Notes: generated by a model from the sequence alone, not told the origin. A stretch of 63,738 bases of DNA, filler included, from Reticulomyxa filosa (GCA_000512085.1; 21 parts of 21 records of this genome joined end to end with filler, not necessarily neighbours in it), one strand, 5' to 3'. Shown: positions 21,927-37,062, numbered from the whole stretch's first letter. Numbers and translations are program-made.

Positions 21927-23790
21927 TCATTCGTGTCCGTTTTTCGTTTGTGTATCTATATGAGTAGTAGCTTGTGCAGCGTTATTACCCTTCTTAGTGC
22001 CAATAGAGTAAACACGAACAGGAGGTTCATGTCTGCTTATAGGTCCATATGGAATAATTTCATACCCAACCTGTTCCTTTTCATCAACAAGATCAGGATG
22101 TTTCTATTTAGCACAAACAAACAAACAAAAAAAGTTGATATGTTGGAATATTTGTATAAGTATGGCATACCTTATCGAGGTCTTTATTTTTGGCGTCCTC
22201 GACAAAGTCAAGGCGTGGACTGCCTTTATAAGGAGGAGAAGTTGCCGGAAAAGGAGGTGGACTGCTGGTCATTCTAGAGCCATTGCTATGAAAGTCAGTG
22301 CCAGAAGTATCTCCACTCTTGCTGCTTTCATGTGACCCAGGAATTGATTTCAAGGTACTTTCAGTTCCTCCTCCGGTGCCAATAGTAATGCTTTTCAATC
22401 CTTCTTTGGCACGATGCCACGCACTAAACAGCTTTTGAGTGTGAGCGGAACCATTGGAGTCATTGGCAGGAGGGGCAGGAGAGCTGCTGTTTTGCACAAG
22501 TGACTTTGAAGTCACCGGTGTCGATATCGACATTGGGAGAGCGGTCGGCTTGTTGTTTTTGTCAAGAATGGAACAAGCAAAACTGCGAACGGATTTCATT
22601 GCCAGCACACAATCCGTATAATGTTGGTCTTGTTGAGTCCGTTGGCTTATTGTTTTTATTGTCTGCAGTTGCGATGGCAAATGTTGTGGATTGGCTTTGA
22701 TGATGACGAAGCAAAACTTTTTTTTTTTTTTTTTTTTTGGAAAAAGATGTAAGTAGTTTGCTTTCAAAGAAAAAAAAAAAACACAATAATAATGATAGAC
22801 AACAAAGAAATGATAATATTGCACACACCGACAGTACCATAGGCAAATAATCATCACCCAAAGTCGTCTCGGACCCTTGAATTGCGGCAACCAACATCTC
22901 ACGACAATTGGCAAGGTGCTTTTCAACTTCAAAGACAGTGGTGGCTTGGTCGATCTGACGGAACTCGTTGACCGCCAATTGGATTGCAGACTCGCTAATC
23001 CGAGGCATTTCGTCCATCTTTTTTTCTAAAAATGTGTTTGAAAAGTCTTTGAAAGAGGGATACAAATTTGATAGTCGTTGGGTTTGTTCCTGAAATTGTG
23101 TATCTTCGATCGGACAACGCTTCCAAAATTTTTTTTTTTTGTCACACGCGCAAAGAGAGAGAGATAGAGTTTTTGTTGTTTTTATTTATTTTTTACAAAC
23201 AAATAAATAAATAAAAAATACATATACAAAATAATATAAACAATTGATAGATTTCTCCAATAATTGCATTGACCAAAACATTGGAAATACGCTTGTTGGC
23301 AAAGTTCAATGCTTCTCCACCGAATCTTTGTTTAAAATCAATCCTGTCAATTCCGGTGCCGTTCAAATGTCTTACCACTGCACTTCTGCACTTACTTATG
23401 CTGAATATTAATTATATTGTCATCAGAAGAGATCTTATCTTATCTTATTCATTGCAATATAATAAATGTACATATATGAAGATATGTTACCATTTAAATG
23501 TGGGAAGGACAACAAAGCGGTCTTTTTCCCAATCCGAAGGTTGGGGTCTAGGATCTTTGGTGTGAACTGGTTCGCACAACAGCTTCTCCAACTCGTCTTG
23601 TAAAAGATGCAACGAAGATTTAGCCAAAAGCAAGATTTCACGGATTTGTAAGTTTTCGTTTGCTTCTTGCGTTCGCACTTTCAGATCATTCAATGTTTGC
23701 TCCATTGTTTGCAAGAAATTCAACGACGTCAGTATGTTATTGGTTGACAACGAGTCTTCCAGTCGATAGCAGTAATTCTTATTTTCAAAG
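21927..23790 (-). CDS. VPS9-domain Rab5-family guanine nucleotide exchange factor, multi-exon, 5' partial
   Basis: AVNEFRQID..TVFEVEKHLANC, TLGDDYLPMVL and IIKANPQHLPSQLQTI fit the VPS9 consensus (ADD.LP, IIKANPP.L.SNL.YI). The last exon ends ...TKNGHE* at 21927. Confidence 0.8.
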
Positions 23791-23810
23791 GGATTAGTCA
23801 GTCGTCATAT

Positions 23811-23854
<44 letters not shown>

Positions 23855-25889
23855 NNNNNNNNNNNNNNNNNNNNNNNNNNNNNNNNNNNNNNNNNNNNTT
23901 AATTAATTAANNNNNNNNNNNNNNNNNNNNNNNNNNNNNNNNNNNNNNNNNNNNAAATTAGTTTATATACTTTTGTGTTGTAATATCTTTTTTTTAATTT
24001 TTTTTTCAAAAATGTATATTATATTTATAAAATCAAAGCAATGATAATTATTTCAATCAATCCAATTACAATAATTCCGTTAATTGCATCTGGTGAATCA
24101 AGCAAGAACGCTCCTGTAACTGTTGTGTTCTGTGACTAACGACTGAGTTTTGATTAAGAAAACGAGTAAAGTTCGTGACTGGACTCAAGAAGGACTTCAA
24201 CTTGGATAGCGACATTGAGCCCGACTTGGAGTGCGTTACGGAGTTGAGGATTGCGAAGAATTACTACTTGGAGCGATCGACTCAGAGTTTGTGACGGATT
24301 TTAGGAATGCGATCGCGAATGAGATAGATACGAAGCAGAGTTGTTTTTTTTCATCATCATAAACAATTATCAATTCTTATTTTGTAAAAACAACAATATT
24401 TCATTGTTTTTTTTCTTTTATTTTTTATTTGTTGAATCATTTCTTGACGACTCCGTCTCTGCGCCAAGCACAAACACACGGCCTTGGTAATGACAACAAT
24501 GATATTCGCTGATAAATTGGTATTGCGCAATCGATGGACACGTAAATGCCATTTCTTTTGATTGCATTCTTTTTATTAAATTGCTCCTGTGATTGACTTG
24601 CTTATATTGTTGGCATCGATGCAAGCGCTGCGGACACGTGGTCGATTAAACGTGTCAATGTCCTTGTTTCTGGTATCTCTTTTATTTTCCATGTCTCGTC
24701 AAGTCTTCTTACATCACGCCTTTCCATTGCTTTTCGCGTTGTGGTTTTGTTGAATCAAATACAAATCCTTGGACTTTTATTCGCTTCCATGCCATTTGCG
24801 TGCTCTCCTTCTTCTTCGTCTATTTGTATGATATCATTTTGGGGAAGTATGTTTCTGTTTCAACCATTTTACCGAATACCCCCAAAAGGTCATGTTTTTT
24901 TTAATACTGTGGTTGATTGTAGAATGTGTTTTTTTCTATCTTTGCTAAAAAAAAAATAAACCAGAAATTTTAAAACTACCTTTAGTCTCCACTTGTGACT
25001 TCCAAGCGCTGCAAGGTTGAAAAAGCTAATATGGACGAACGTCGAAACGAAAATGTTTGACAATCTCTCTTTTCACTTAATCTATGTAGTTGATACTTCA
25101 AAGTTGCCATTTTAATTATTTAGAAAAGGATGTTGCCCCTTTAGTTGAAGAATTTTAAATAAAGTGAAAAAAAAAATAACTTTTTGCTTGTTTTCGCATT
25201 CTACTTGAGAAAATATCAGCCTAAAAAAAATAATTAAAATTTTCAAAATTGGAGGAAATATAAAATAATGTATTTGCAGACAAAACAAAGAGGGGTTTTT
25301 TGACTGAATTAGAGTTTATGTGGGGATACGGGAGCATTTTGAATTTTAGCCCGAGATAAGATAGTAATTGGAAAGCGAAATTAATACAAGCCAAGATGAA
25401 TTATTTTTCTTGGAGTATCAAGACTGCAAGAGCTACATTGAACAACGTGAACTACTTGAACAACTTGAAGAGAAAAACGCTGAAATCCAAAAACGTGATG
25501 AAAGGGGTGGGGTGATCCTGCAGTTATCGCTAAACACAGCAAATCGAAGCCATTTTCTTTGTAATGTCATTTGGTTACTTTTACCTGCCACAGATACAGT
25601 GTTTCTTATGTTTCGACATAAAAGGATCTAAGTCACCATAAGGAATTTATTTTTTTAGATGAATAGACCGACTATTTTTACAATAGAAACTTATCCATTT
25701 CGAAAATTAATGTTTCGTGTTATTCGAAACATCGAATTGATCAGTTTTAACTTACAAGGGGAAAAAACTTCTACCATAAGAAAAAGTNNNNNNNNNNNNN
25801 NNNNNNNNNNNNNNNNNNNNNNNNNNNNNNNTTAATTAATTAANNNNNNNNNNNNNNNNNNNNNNNNNNNNNNNNNNNNNNNNNNNNTT

Positions 25890-25923
<34 letters not shown>

Positions 25924-25989
25924 TATACGTATACATGTACAAATATATGTATGTAAATATTATATAAACGATATTGTTTTGGTATTGTA

Positions 25990-28900
25990 AAAATGGTAGT
26001 CGCGAAAGATTCTTTGGTTTATGGAGAGTACTGGATAGTTTGAATTTGGAAAAAGTGTTTGAAACGAATTTCACACTTTTGCCTTGCCATTCGTCGGACA
26101 TGGAAGTGAGCAATAACAATAGCATTCGTGTGGTGGAGCTCTCGGCGTCTGCGGAGGGATGCAATTATGAAATCAATAGCTTTTGCTTAAGCAGCGATGA
26201 TGGATCCTCGTGGGAGACGACTTGTCCATTGATCATCCAAAACCCCAATTTTGCCATTATTAATATTGCATCCAACACTTTGGATTCTTCCGAAAGCCAA
26301 TCCAACCATTCCAGAGAAAAACAAAAGGTCGATGCTCCCGAGTGCAAGGAATCCCAACCCGCGCAAATGCGAACAATTCTCGCCATGATTCGGACTTGAA
26401 AAGACCCAACAAAAAGATGCACCTTGACGAATACACCATTGTATTTTCGTTTGCCATTAGCAATGTCCATCGTGTTACGACTCCGTTCTCGCTTCTAGCC
26501 TTACCTGATCGATTGTTCAACAAAATCAATTCTAGTTTGTCCACTCAAAAAAAAAAAAAAAAAAGAAAGATTTTTTTTGGAGGAGGAGGGGGGGGGGGTA
26601 TTAAATTTGGAAGAAAAAAGATAGAGAGAGGGAGAACGGGATGATTGATATAGACTTGAGCCATGTGCAACAAAAAAGCAAGACCTCACAAATATTAGCC
26701 TCATACAATAGCAAATCATTGGAGGGCTCTCCCTTATGTGGTGATACTTCTCGCTCCGCAACTCGAGACTCTAAACTTTCTCCTTGTCGAGCACAAGAGC
26801 AATCCGAGTCCGCAGTTCCCAATGTCGCATCCATATGGGTGGACGAAAAAAAGAATATTTGGGTATGTGATGAAAACACTAACAAACGTCTGACCAATGG
26901 CGACCAGTGCATTGTAATCACGGCAAATTTGTCCGCAAAAGAATTAGTTATTTATTGGAATGGAGAAATTATTGCTTCAGGTAATATTTTTTCTTTTTGA
27001 CACACTCTATCTTTTTTTTTTTTCTTATAATCTCTTTCATTTTTAGAAAATAAAACATGCATATATAACGCTTCTAGCACTTACTGATTTTTCAAACAAC
27101 CCATTACACTGGAAAAATTATGTCCGTCCAAATGGAAGATGGAGCCTAAGGTAAGATTTTCTGACTCTATGTTTGTTTGTTTTTTTTGGAGTGAGTTTCA
27201 TTTTTTTTTTGTTTTATTGATGCAAACCTCTCCTTTTTTTTTTTGTTTCTCCTCTATTCTTGGATGAAATAGGAGTGCATTAATCATAGGTGGAACATCC
27301 ACCTCCATTTGGTCGAATGAAAATTGGATCAGAGGGACAGACGAAGATGCCACGTGTGAAGTGCAAAGTGGAGCCACCATCCTTGCAAAAAATCTGACAG
27401 TGTATTCAACCTGTTTAGACGCAGCAATGGCAGTGCAGCAATGCTATGCGGTCAAAAACGGGATGTTCAGCTCATATTTGGACGATTTGGGCTTTGATTA
27501 CAGTGACATTCATACGATCCAGTGTATCAAACATCCATGCAAACCTAATGTGGTCCGTTTCACCAATTCGATAGACACCAGAGAGGACGCTCCAGATATG
27601 TATCTTTTATTCAACGAATTTTCCCAAGAAGAATTGCGCTGGCAATATCAATCCAGACACCAAAGGATGAACAATAATTTCAAGGCGATATTGTGTCCCA
27701 AACACAATGGCAAACATATTACTAAACATACCACTAAACAGCAATTTATCGAATGCAGTCACTGGCTCTATGTTCAGTTAAACGATCAAAAACTTCAGAC
27801 CGTGCGTTTATTGGGACAAAACATAGCAGCATTCACAAGTTGGCCCCCTCGAGAGTGTCAACAGGTGTTACTTACCCTTGGCTCCAAAATTGATGAGTTG
27901 CGTTTTTTTTTTTTTGTTTGTTTTTTTCAAGTGTGTGAAAAAGAAATTTTTTTTTTTTTTTTGTGGTGTATACGTGCAGGTTCGAAAGTTGGGATGAATT
28001 TGTTGACGTCATGTTGTCTCGAGCCATTTTTCAAGACTCGAATTCAAATCCGAATGACTGGTACTTGCAATTAGAATGGAAAAGAAAGACGGAAAAACTA
28101 GAAATCGAGCCACTAAATAAAGTGATGGAGTTCCACTATAACTCAGCTATTGTAACCGCAATGGAGCATCGACAAGTTGCGATTGGCAGCAATGTGCAAG
28201 GAAGCGAGGCATCAGCACCGCCAAAGGATTGGCCGACATGCGTGAAAGTGTATGACTCGTGCAATGCGTTGCGACAGGATGATCACAATACAAGAGTGCG
28301 ATTTTATTGCGGCTGCAGCGATGCAGGCAATGAAGAGAGTGACGACGTGACCAATATCAAGAATGAACTGATCGATGACGCTTCATGGGAACAGGAGGCC
28401 TATGTATTGCGTTCGTATTTGCGGTCTTCTTTTTCTTCTTCTTCCACTTCTCGCTCCAAACTTGGCAGATGTAATGACAACACGATCCCAGAGGCTCCAT
28501 TTCAAGCGTCGATCAGTCTTGTCGAGCGCAATTTGAGCGGAATATATGCAAGACAAGTGATGCTGCAATTGTTAGACGACTACACGTGTATCGCTGAGAC
28601 GCAAGACGGAAAGCCGATCCCAAGTCTCCGGAATCTGGCTCCATCCATTTGCTTGTCTTCCTATTTCTTCAACCATCAATTGCACAATAGTGTGGCTCCA
28701 AACTGCAGTGGTGCAAAGTTTATCAAATTTTTGGAGTCTGTGTTCCGAAATGAAAAATCGAGCCGTGTTTACAAGTTGGAGCGATGCTTAGAAGTAGAGC
28801 TGCTGAACGAAATTGCACGCAGTGCAGATGAACACAGTCTCAAACTTACCAGTCATGAACATATTGCCTACAAGTACCCATTAGTATATAATTTAAGCAA

Positions 28901-29381
28901 AGTCGTGGTCAGAGACTTTCTCACTTATGTCATCGACCACAACAATTTGTCCACACGAACGCTGAAAAGTATCACACATCTAGAATTTGCACTGTGGATC
29001 GTGCAAATCTTTACTCATTTACTGGTTAAGTTTTACATATTGCTTGATTTTATTTTATTTATGTTTCGATTTTAATTTGTGGTTTGATCCTATTTTTGGT
29101 TGTTCAGCGACGGTCTTCTGTCAGTAGTTCCATTAAACGAGCGTTGCAAGTATTGTTTTTCAACGAAACAAGTATGAATCTGCTAATGCAAATCGTCATT
29201 CTCACCCCTTCTCATTTCAGCTCCAAGCTAGCATTATTGATGAGTGATATCATTTCTCAGTTTCCAAAAAAAAGTAAACTGCATCAACTCCGAGATGAAA
29301 TTATTGGAACAAAAGAATACCTTTTGCATCCGAATATAAAAGAAGTCAATGTATGTCATATAATATATACATATATACGTA

Positions 29382-29422
<41 letters not shown>

Positions 29423-30359
29423 AGTTTCAAAATGGAGGAGGGAAAAGAAAAACACTTAATCTTTTGTTGGACGAAAATAGCCTGAAAATTCTGACCAAAT
29501 GTTGCATTTGAGTGTTCGATATATCAATGTCGTCGCAGGCGTGGTTTCACAATTGCATCGCACACATTTTTTGGAGGGTCAAGAATATCAATACGCAGAC
29601 ACATTTCTGGCGCTTGTGCATTTGATGGTGACAATTGTGCTATGCAACTATCACGATAATTCAGAGGCTTCCTTGTTTCAAGAGGCTTGGTTTAGCCAAA
29701 TGACTCAAGCCGGCAGACTTTTGATGTGGTTCAATTTGTCCCCATCGGATCAAACAACCACAAATTTGCAATTGCTGGCCCCTGACACGTACATGAAAAT
29801 GTACGACTCCCTCAACAAATGGGCGTACTTTGCGGAGCGAAATAAAAACGTTCCTGAAGACATTAATTTGATCCACAAATCCGAACGCAGACATACTATG
29901 TCCAAGGTGCAGGCCAGTATCAACGAAGTAATCGAGGCTGTCCGTTCCATTCGTTATTTGATGGTAAAATAATTCCTACCATACGTACACGCCATATATT
30001 TTTTGTAAAAAAAAAAAAATTTTGCAAAGTACTTTTTTTTTTTGGTGGAACGTACTTGCACGTGCAATTAGAAAAACAAAGACCAAGTTTGGACGGAGAG
30101 TATGACTACAATGGCAGAAAATATTTTAGGATTGTCGAAAATGTTGGATGACGGTATTTTATCTCAGTATGCGGAAAACATCTGCAATTGGTCAAAGCAA
30201 GTAGCAAAGGACGCGAATGAATATGGACAAGCCTCAGTTGGTTGCAACAAAAGCAACTGAAAGAAGTTGGTCCGATCATTGTAGGTTTTTTAAAGCACAT
30301 GATGAAGTGTGTCTTGCAGACAATGACGATGATATCAACGATCAAGTTCATACAACTAC

Positions 30360-30402
<43 letters not shown>

Positions 30403-32637
30403 TTTTTTTTTTGGTTAATATGTATACGTCTTAATGGCCTACTCTGCAAATGACATGGGAGTTTTTTTATTTTGTTTTGTTTTGTTATACGTAATATAAC
30501 TATTAATTGGACGTATGTTAGTACATGTGTTCGTTTCCGTGCCAACACGACAAGATATTGAAACAATTGGCCGAGGAGCACGCCGATTCCTCCTTGGAGA
30601 ATGTACAGCCCTTGGGCAGTCCACCGAAAACGGGCAATAATATATTAAGACAGTCCGTGTCTTCGAGCACTTTACACTACCGCAGTCGTCGATGATGTGG
30701 CACAATCTCGTCGAACAGCAATTGCAGGACTCAAACCAAGCAAATTAGGGAAATGAAGATACGTATGCAATTAATTCATCAACTCAATGTCCTTTTGATC
30801 GATAGCATCCCTTGGATTGACGTATCGCTCCAGTCGTGTCACGCCAAAAGCGAAGATGTTTGTGGTCGCAATCTATGTTTGCTGTTATGCAAATTTCGAT
30901 ATTTGCTGTTCCATTGCATTACTAAAAATGTGTGGGATAACATCTTGCAAATGACAAAGGAAGCCAGTGGAATGGAGCCAACGTTCCAGATTGATCGTTA
31001 CCGCTGCATGGACGACAATGAGCCTAATTATACCATGTTTGGAGAGGCTGTCAAACAATTGGACAGTTATAAATGCGAAATTTTCAGATTGGATGTTCAT
31101 CAAAAGGCTTGGAAAGTGGTCTTATACAATGAACATAGTGTTGATGCTGGTATGCGTATTTATTTCTAAAAAAAACAATTACATAATACGTAACATGGGA
31201 AAGAGAGGAGAATTCCCTTCATTCTTTTAAAATTGGAATGCAAGCAAAAAGGATGTATACATATATGTATATGTATGTGTGTGTGTGTGTGTGTGTGTGG
31301 GACGACCATATCATAAATAGGTGGACCTTACCGTGAATCATTACAATGGATGTGCAAGGAGCTGCAGTCCAATGCATTGCCTTTGTTCATGCTGTGTAAC
31401 AATGGAAAAAACGATTCAGGGACGAACCGTGACAAATGGGTGCCCAGACCATCTTCCAAAAGCAGCTACGACGAAAGAATGTATTATTTCGTTGGCAAAT
31501 TGATGGGGCTTGCCATTCGTACAAAGTCGTTGTTGGACCTAAATCTTGCACCCCTAGTTTGGAAAAGAATATGCAACATTCCTTTGCAAGAGAAAGATAT
31601 TTTGGCTGTAGATGCCCATGCATTTCAAATTACTGGTATGTAAATATGTACATATATATATATATATGTATATATATATGTATACACTTATTTGTGCATA
31701 TACTTGAAATAGAGCACCTCGATTCTCTCATTGAGCTGATTAACCGCTATGAAAGATGCGAAGAGCAAAAAGTGTCCGCCGAAGAAATGCAAGAACTTCA
31801 AACTCAAATCGAAATTTTTGATGGATTAACAGAGCAAATGTCAGTGACGTTTGAGATTCGTGGCAGTGATGGCAACATGTACTCGTTAATTCCAAATGGA
31901 TCCTTCATCCCCGTTACTCATAAAAATGTCCACAAATTCAAAGCCGCTTATCACAAAGTATGTGTTTCAAAACCCATTATTTCCGCAAGAAATTAGCACA
32001 GGCTCCTTTTTTTTTTATATTTAAAAAAAAAAAAAAAGTTTTTTTTTTTTTTATTTCTAGTTCCGATTGGAAGAATTCGACTTTGCATGTTTTGCAATGA
32101 GACGTGGTTTGGCGACAGTCATCCCAATACACTATTTAAATATTCTAACTTGGAGTGAGTTGGAAAAAATGGTTTGCGGCAATCCTATTATTGACGTCGA
32201 CTTATTGAAAAGAATGACCTCCTATTCCAACTGCGATGTTAATGATGCTCATATTAGATTGTACTGGGATATGGTGCGACACAAAATGACAGACGAAGTT
32301 CCGTGTTATATCACCCACATCTTTTTTTGTTTAAAAAAGAGTAAATCGATAGATTCGAAGCCTCAATATACAAAATATAATCATAATAAACTAGGAACGC
32401 TCTAAGTTATTGGCATTTGTGTGGGGCCGTTCCCGTTTGCCGTCATGTGAAGAAGATTTTGATCGGAAAATGAAAATTACAAAGTTGGAAACTGACTCCA
32501 ATCCTGATGATATGCTACCAGTAGCACACACATGTTTTTTTCAATTGGATTTACCCGCATATTCATCTTTAAGTGCTATGTATAGCAAGGTGTCATATGC
32601 TATCACCCACTGTGGATCAATTGACACAGATGAATAA
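25990..32637 (+). CDS. Large HECT-domain E3 ubiquitin ligase, multi-exon, 5' partial, with several apparent frameshifts upstream of the HECT domain
   Basis: EHSVDAG|GPYRESL, FVGKLMGLAIRT..LDLNLAPLVWKR, LTWSELEKMVCG, FVWGRSRLP and LPVAHTCFFQLDLPAYSS (catalytic Cys), ending SIDTDE*. Confidence 0.92.
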
Positions 32638-33054
32638 TCCTTTCGTTTTGCGAATTTTTTTTTTTCCTTTGTTTTCATTTTTTTTTTTTATTAAAATTAA
32701 GCTTATTGTTAATGCGAAAGTTATTATGTTTTAGTATCTTTTACGTTTTATTTATTTATACACCTATTTATTAAAGAAACTAGTTTATGTTTAAAAAGGA
32801 TATTTGTACAATCATTCCAATAATCATCACTTGCAAAACTTGGGTTGTGCATAATGTTTTTCATCTCTCCAATTTTGATAGCAGTCAAAAATAGCTCCTT
32901 ATTCCTTGTAATTCCAGAAACATACTTATTGTAAGCTCTGTCGTTGAGAACAATTTTTAACGCACATTAGAAGCAGTGTTTCCCTGGATAAATAAATAAA
33001 TAAAAAATCCTCTAACAGTTGAAAGATAATCAATACATTACTAAATAAAAAAAA

Positions 33055-34195
33055 ATGAATAATTTACAAGACAATGAACAAGAATCCAACTCTATAGTGA
33101 CGCCATTGCAATCAGAAAAAAAGGAGGAGAAAGCAAATTGCAAAGAGGAACGAGTTAGTGGCAATAAAACGAGCACGTCGATGACAGCAGTGGACCCAAG
33201 TGCATTTACAACGGAGTCGCAGCATATCCAGCACATAAACAGCATGACAGCAGACGAGTGTGTAGCACACGACTATTGGGAAAATCCGAATTCGGCATAC
33301 GTCGATGCACTGTATGAGTATGCAACATTTTTATGGAAAAAGACGAGATATTTGGAATCGGAAGCAATATGTCGCAAGATCTTGGGAATATCACCAAAGC
33401 ATAGCAACGCGCACAATCGTTTGGCGACGAATTTGAAAGCGCTTCGAGCGTATGAGGATGCAAAGTTGCATTACAACTATGCAATCGCATATAGCAATGA
33501 AAAGCACAAAGTGGCGTACAATAATTTGGCCAACTTGTTGTCAATGAATCTAGAGACATCCACCCAAGCCATTTATTATTATTCAAAAGCGATCGAAATC
33601 GACCCTTTGTACGTCACTGCATATACCAATTATGGAATTCATTTACAACAAATTCGTCGACATCAGGAAGCCATTGCACAGTATCAAAAAGCATTAGAGT
33701 TTTGTTTGTTTGTTTGTTTGTTTGACTACAACTTCCCACTTCTTCTTATCTTTATCAAAAACCTCTTCCTTATTGTCGAGTGGAATAGAATTGCTCCGAA
33801 AGATCCGTTCATTCATTGCAGACTGGCAAATGCTTATGTCGCTTTGAATGACACCGAAGAAGCGGATAGCTGCTATCGCGCGATGCTGTGCTGTGATGGG
33901 CATTATGCGGCGGGCATTAGCGACTACGCAGTGTTCTTGCACCGACAGAGCTCCAACTACAACGCCAAAGTGCTATACGAACGCGCTTTGGGCATTGACA
34001 ACAGTCGGCCTTTGACAATACGTAACTACGCCGTATTGTTGCAAGAGCTGCATTTCACTTATGATGCATTTTACTACTTGGACATGGCCACTGCCATTGC
34101 AATGTCCACTTTGTCTTCGATTCACAATAGCGCCAACAATACAGATACAACTACAAATACAAATATAAATTACAATAACGACAATAATAAAAATG

Positions 34196-34229
<34 letters not shown>

Positions 34230-34512
34230 CAATAATAACAGAAACACCAACGCAAACAATGTTGCTTCCCGACTTATTAGTGATTTTACGAGGTTGAGAC
34301 AATTTTGGCTAGACGAATCTTACCAAGTTACAAAAATTAATACATGTCTCTTTTGAGAGGAAGCGTTGCTATGTACTGTTTTGTGTGGTATACGTGTGTA
34401 GTACAGAGAAGATATGGCGGAAGGCAAAGTGATTTTGAATGATGTTGAAATTGAACAAAAGATTGATAACCAAGATCTTCGTGTAGGTCACGACTACTCT
34501 GGATCTTTTTAA
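33055..34512 (+). CDS. TPR-repeat protein
   Basis: Repeated TPR units (AYNNLANLL, YSKAIEIDPLYVTAYTNYGIHL, YQKALEIAP, YERALGID). There is an intron at 33699-33788 and a last exon from about 34402 ending ...HDYSGSF* at 34512. Confidence 0.85.
34166..34240 (+). repeat. (AAT/AAC)n coding microsatellite giving poly-Asn
   Basis: Seen directly. Similar tracts occur at 18959-19000 and 57588-57620. Confidence 0.9.
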
Positions 34513-37062
34513 AGCTGATTGTTAACCGGTCGTCCTAAATACGCAATACCTTTACGTTGCAAAAGCGATAATGTGCTGATCGCTCAACCGACACAACTAT
34601 TTGTCGTTGCTTGCAATACTCGTCATCATTCATAGTCTTTGCATAGCAACGACAACAGAAAAAGAGGGGAGAGAGGGAATTGGATTCGACAAAGTGAGAA
34701 AAAAATGTCAACTTTATGTGTGCTAGTATTGTAGATTCTTTAATTGCGTTTTTAAATGTAATATCTGTGAAAATTTGATTCTTTCAAAACAGTAATGTCA
34801 TCATCGAATTTTGATTTTATTTCGTCAATTACAATTTCATTGTATAAACTCATTTTTAGCTTCCTCAGCCTATCTTCATCACCCCGCGGCTAAACATTGC
34901 CACATTTTAACAAAAAAGCAATTTGCAAAGATAATGTTGTAATTATATATAAAAAAGAGGTTTACATATTAGTCTTTCATTGAGAAAGTTGATCATATTC
35001 ATAAGATAACCAAAAATGAAATAACAGTTACAATTTGAACTTAGCTAATTTAGAATTGAAACATTTTTTTGATTCAATACTTAAATTTTTATGTATTTTG
35101 AGGTGAAATAGTACTTGCGCCATAATTATTACCCGCGTTGTATGAATAAAATTTATTTTCTTGTCTTTTGAAACTAAGTTACTTTTGATTCAGCTTTCAT
35201 TTAAATCCAAGACAAAAGCAACATTTTATTTGGACAACCGCATAACTTTTGAGGATCAAAAGAATCATATTTAAAAGTAAAATGCATAAAAAATTGGCAA
35301 AAAATGCAAAACAAATTTCAGCATAAACAAACAAAATATGAATGCATAAAATTTAATTTGTATTCCTGTAAAGAAGATAATCTTCATAAAATGGCATTTT
35401 ATATGTTCATTTTTTTTTTACCTACTTTATAACACAGTATTCAAATAAAAATNNNNNNNNNNNNNNNNNNNNNNNNNNNNNNNNNNNNNNNNNNNNTTAA
35501 TTAATTAANNNNNNNNNNNNNNNNNNNNNNNNNNNNNNNNNNNNNNNNNNNNCGTTCGCGAAGATATCACCAACGTTGATAAGCTTTTCAAATCTGATCA
35601 TTAGTCTTTCCGTAGATAGTATTACTCGTTTTGTATATACGTATACATATGCTATACGCTGTGATATGAGCCATATGATGATCATCGACACATTTTCTGC
35701 ACACAAAAAAATGTAATTTGAAAATGACTGCAAAAATGCAATATTTGAAAGTGCTCAAAGTGGTTGAATTATAGGTGAATTTGAGGTAATATTGAAAACA
35801 ATGCAAGGAAAATTTGCTTCGGTGCTCAGATGATATCATTGTAAAGTATAGCAATCATTTTCCTGTTAAGTCAGATTACATGTGCAACTCAATACATTAT
35901 ATATGATATTGACACAAGTTAATTTTTGTTTATTTATTTGTTTTAATAAATTTTATGGTGTATGACATAATTGATTAGGAAGCTCTTGAACTGTTACAAA
36001 AATGCGGTAAGTCACTGTGCAAGGAATCATATTCAAGTTACAAACTTTCATCTGGAATTATGCTTTTCACTTTAATTATTTTTTGATTTTGTTAGTCGGC
36101 ACTGCAGGAATAGAAAAGCTTAAAATCACTTTTTGATACTCTTCATGAGATCAAGTTTATTGAAAAAATATATTCTGTCAACGCAAAATTAATATAAAAA
36201 AAGTAACATATTCTTTTATTTCAAAAGATGGCATTGACATTCGAGTTGGAACATTTCCTGAATTATATAATCAAGTGCAATTTCTTGTAAACATATTCGA
36301 GAATACTAGTATTTATGCATTATTGTGAGTGTCCAACGGTTGAGCACCTGCTGCCGTTGTGGTTTGTGATATTCACAGTTTGCATAATATTGCCAAACTT
36401 TTGTGACATTGCATTTGTCGTTGCATTCAAACTATTCACTGTTATATCAATCAACCAATTATGTCCATAAATCTTGTATCATGGTGTAACTTGGTCTGTT
36501 ATGTCCATATAGAAATCTATCGCTTACGATAATAGTTGTATTTTCTCTGATGTCCTATTTGCAAATTATCAATGAAAATTCAATAAATATGTTTGAGTCG
36601 ACATGAGGCGCAGAATGAGGCATATGAACAATCGCTGCCCTTTCAAGTATTGATCAATATGTACTCCAAAGATATCTGGAGCCATACAAGGTAAATTTGT
36701 GAATTCTATCAATCTTTTGCACTATTACCTTGTTATCTCGCAAAGTAATTCGAATTATAGAATTTTGCAAAAAAAATAAAATTAGTAGTTTTTACTGTAA
36801 AAAAACAGTTAGCTTTTTCTAAGTTCAAGCAACGTCAAAAACACAAACACGGCCACCAATACAGGGATTTGCCTTTTCTTCTTTGAAAGTATTTCATTTA
36901 TGTTTGGTTCACGTGTTCCAAATGCACTTTGACTGCAAACGTAAGACTTCAGATGGACTTATCTACACAGTGAATTTTTTTACTTTCGGTCGTACCACAC
37001 GCTTGGCGGTCATACTATTTAATTTTGTCGTAACTTTGTGACACAATTCCAACCAAATAGCA

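Noticed and set aside
24087-24790. Arg/Ser-rich stretch on the minus strand resembling an SR protein
   Set aside because: Every frame has multiple stops and there is no RRM or other domain, so it is too decayed to call.
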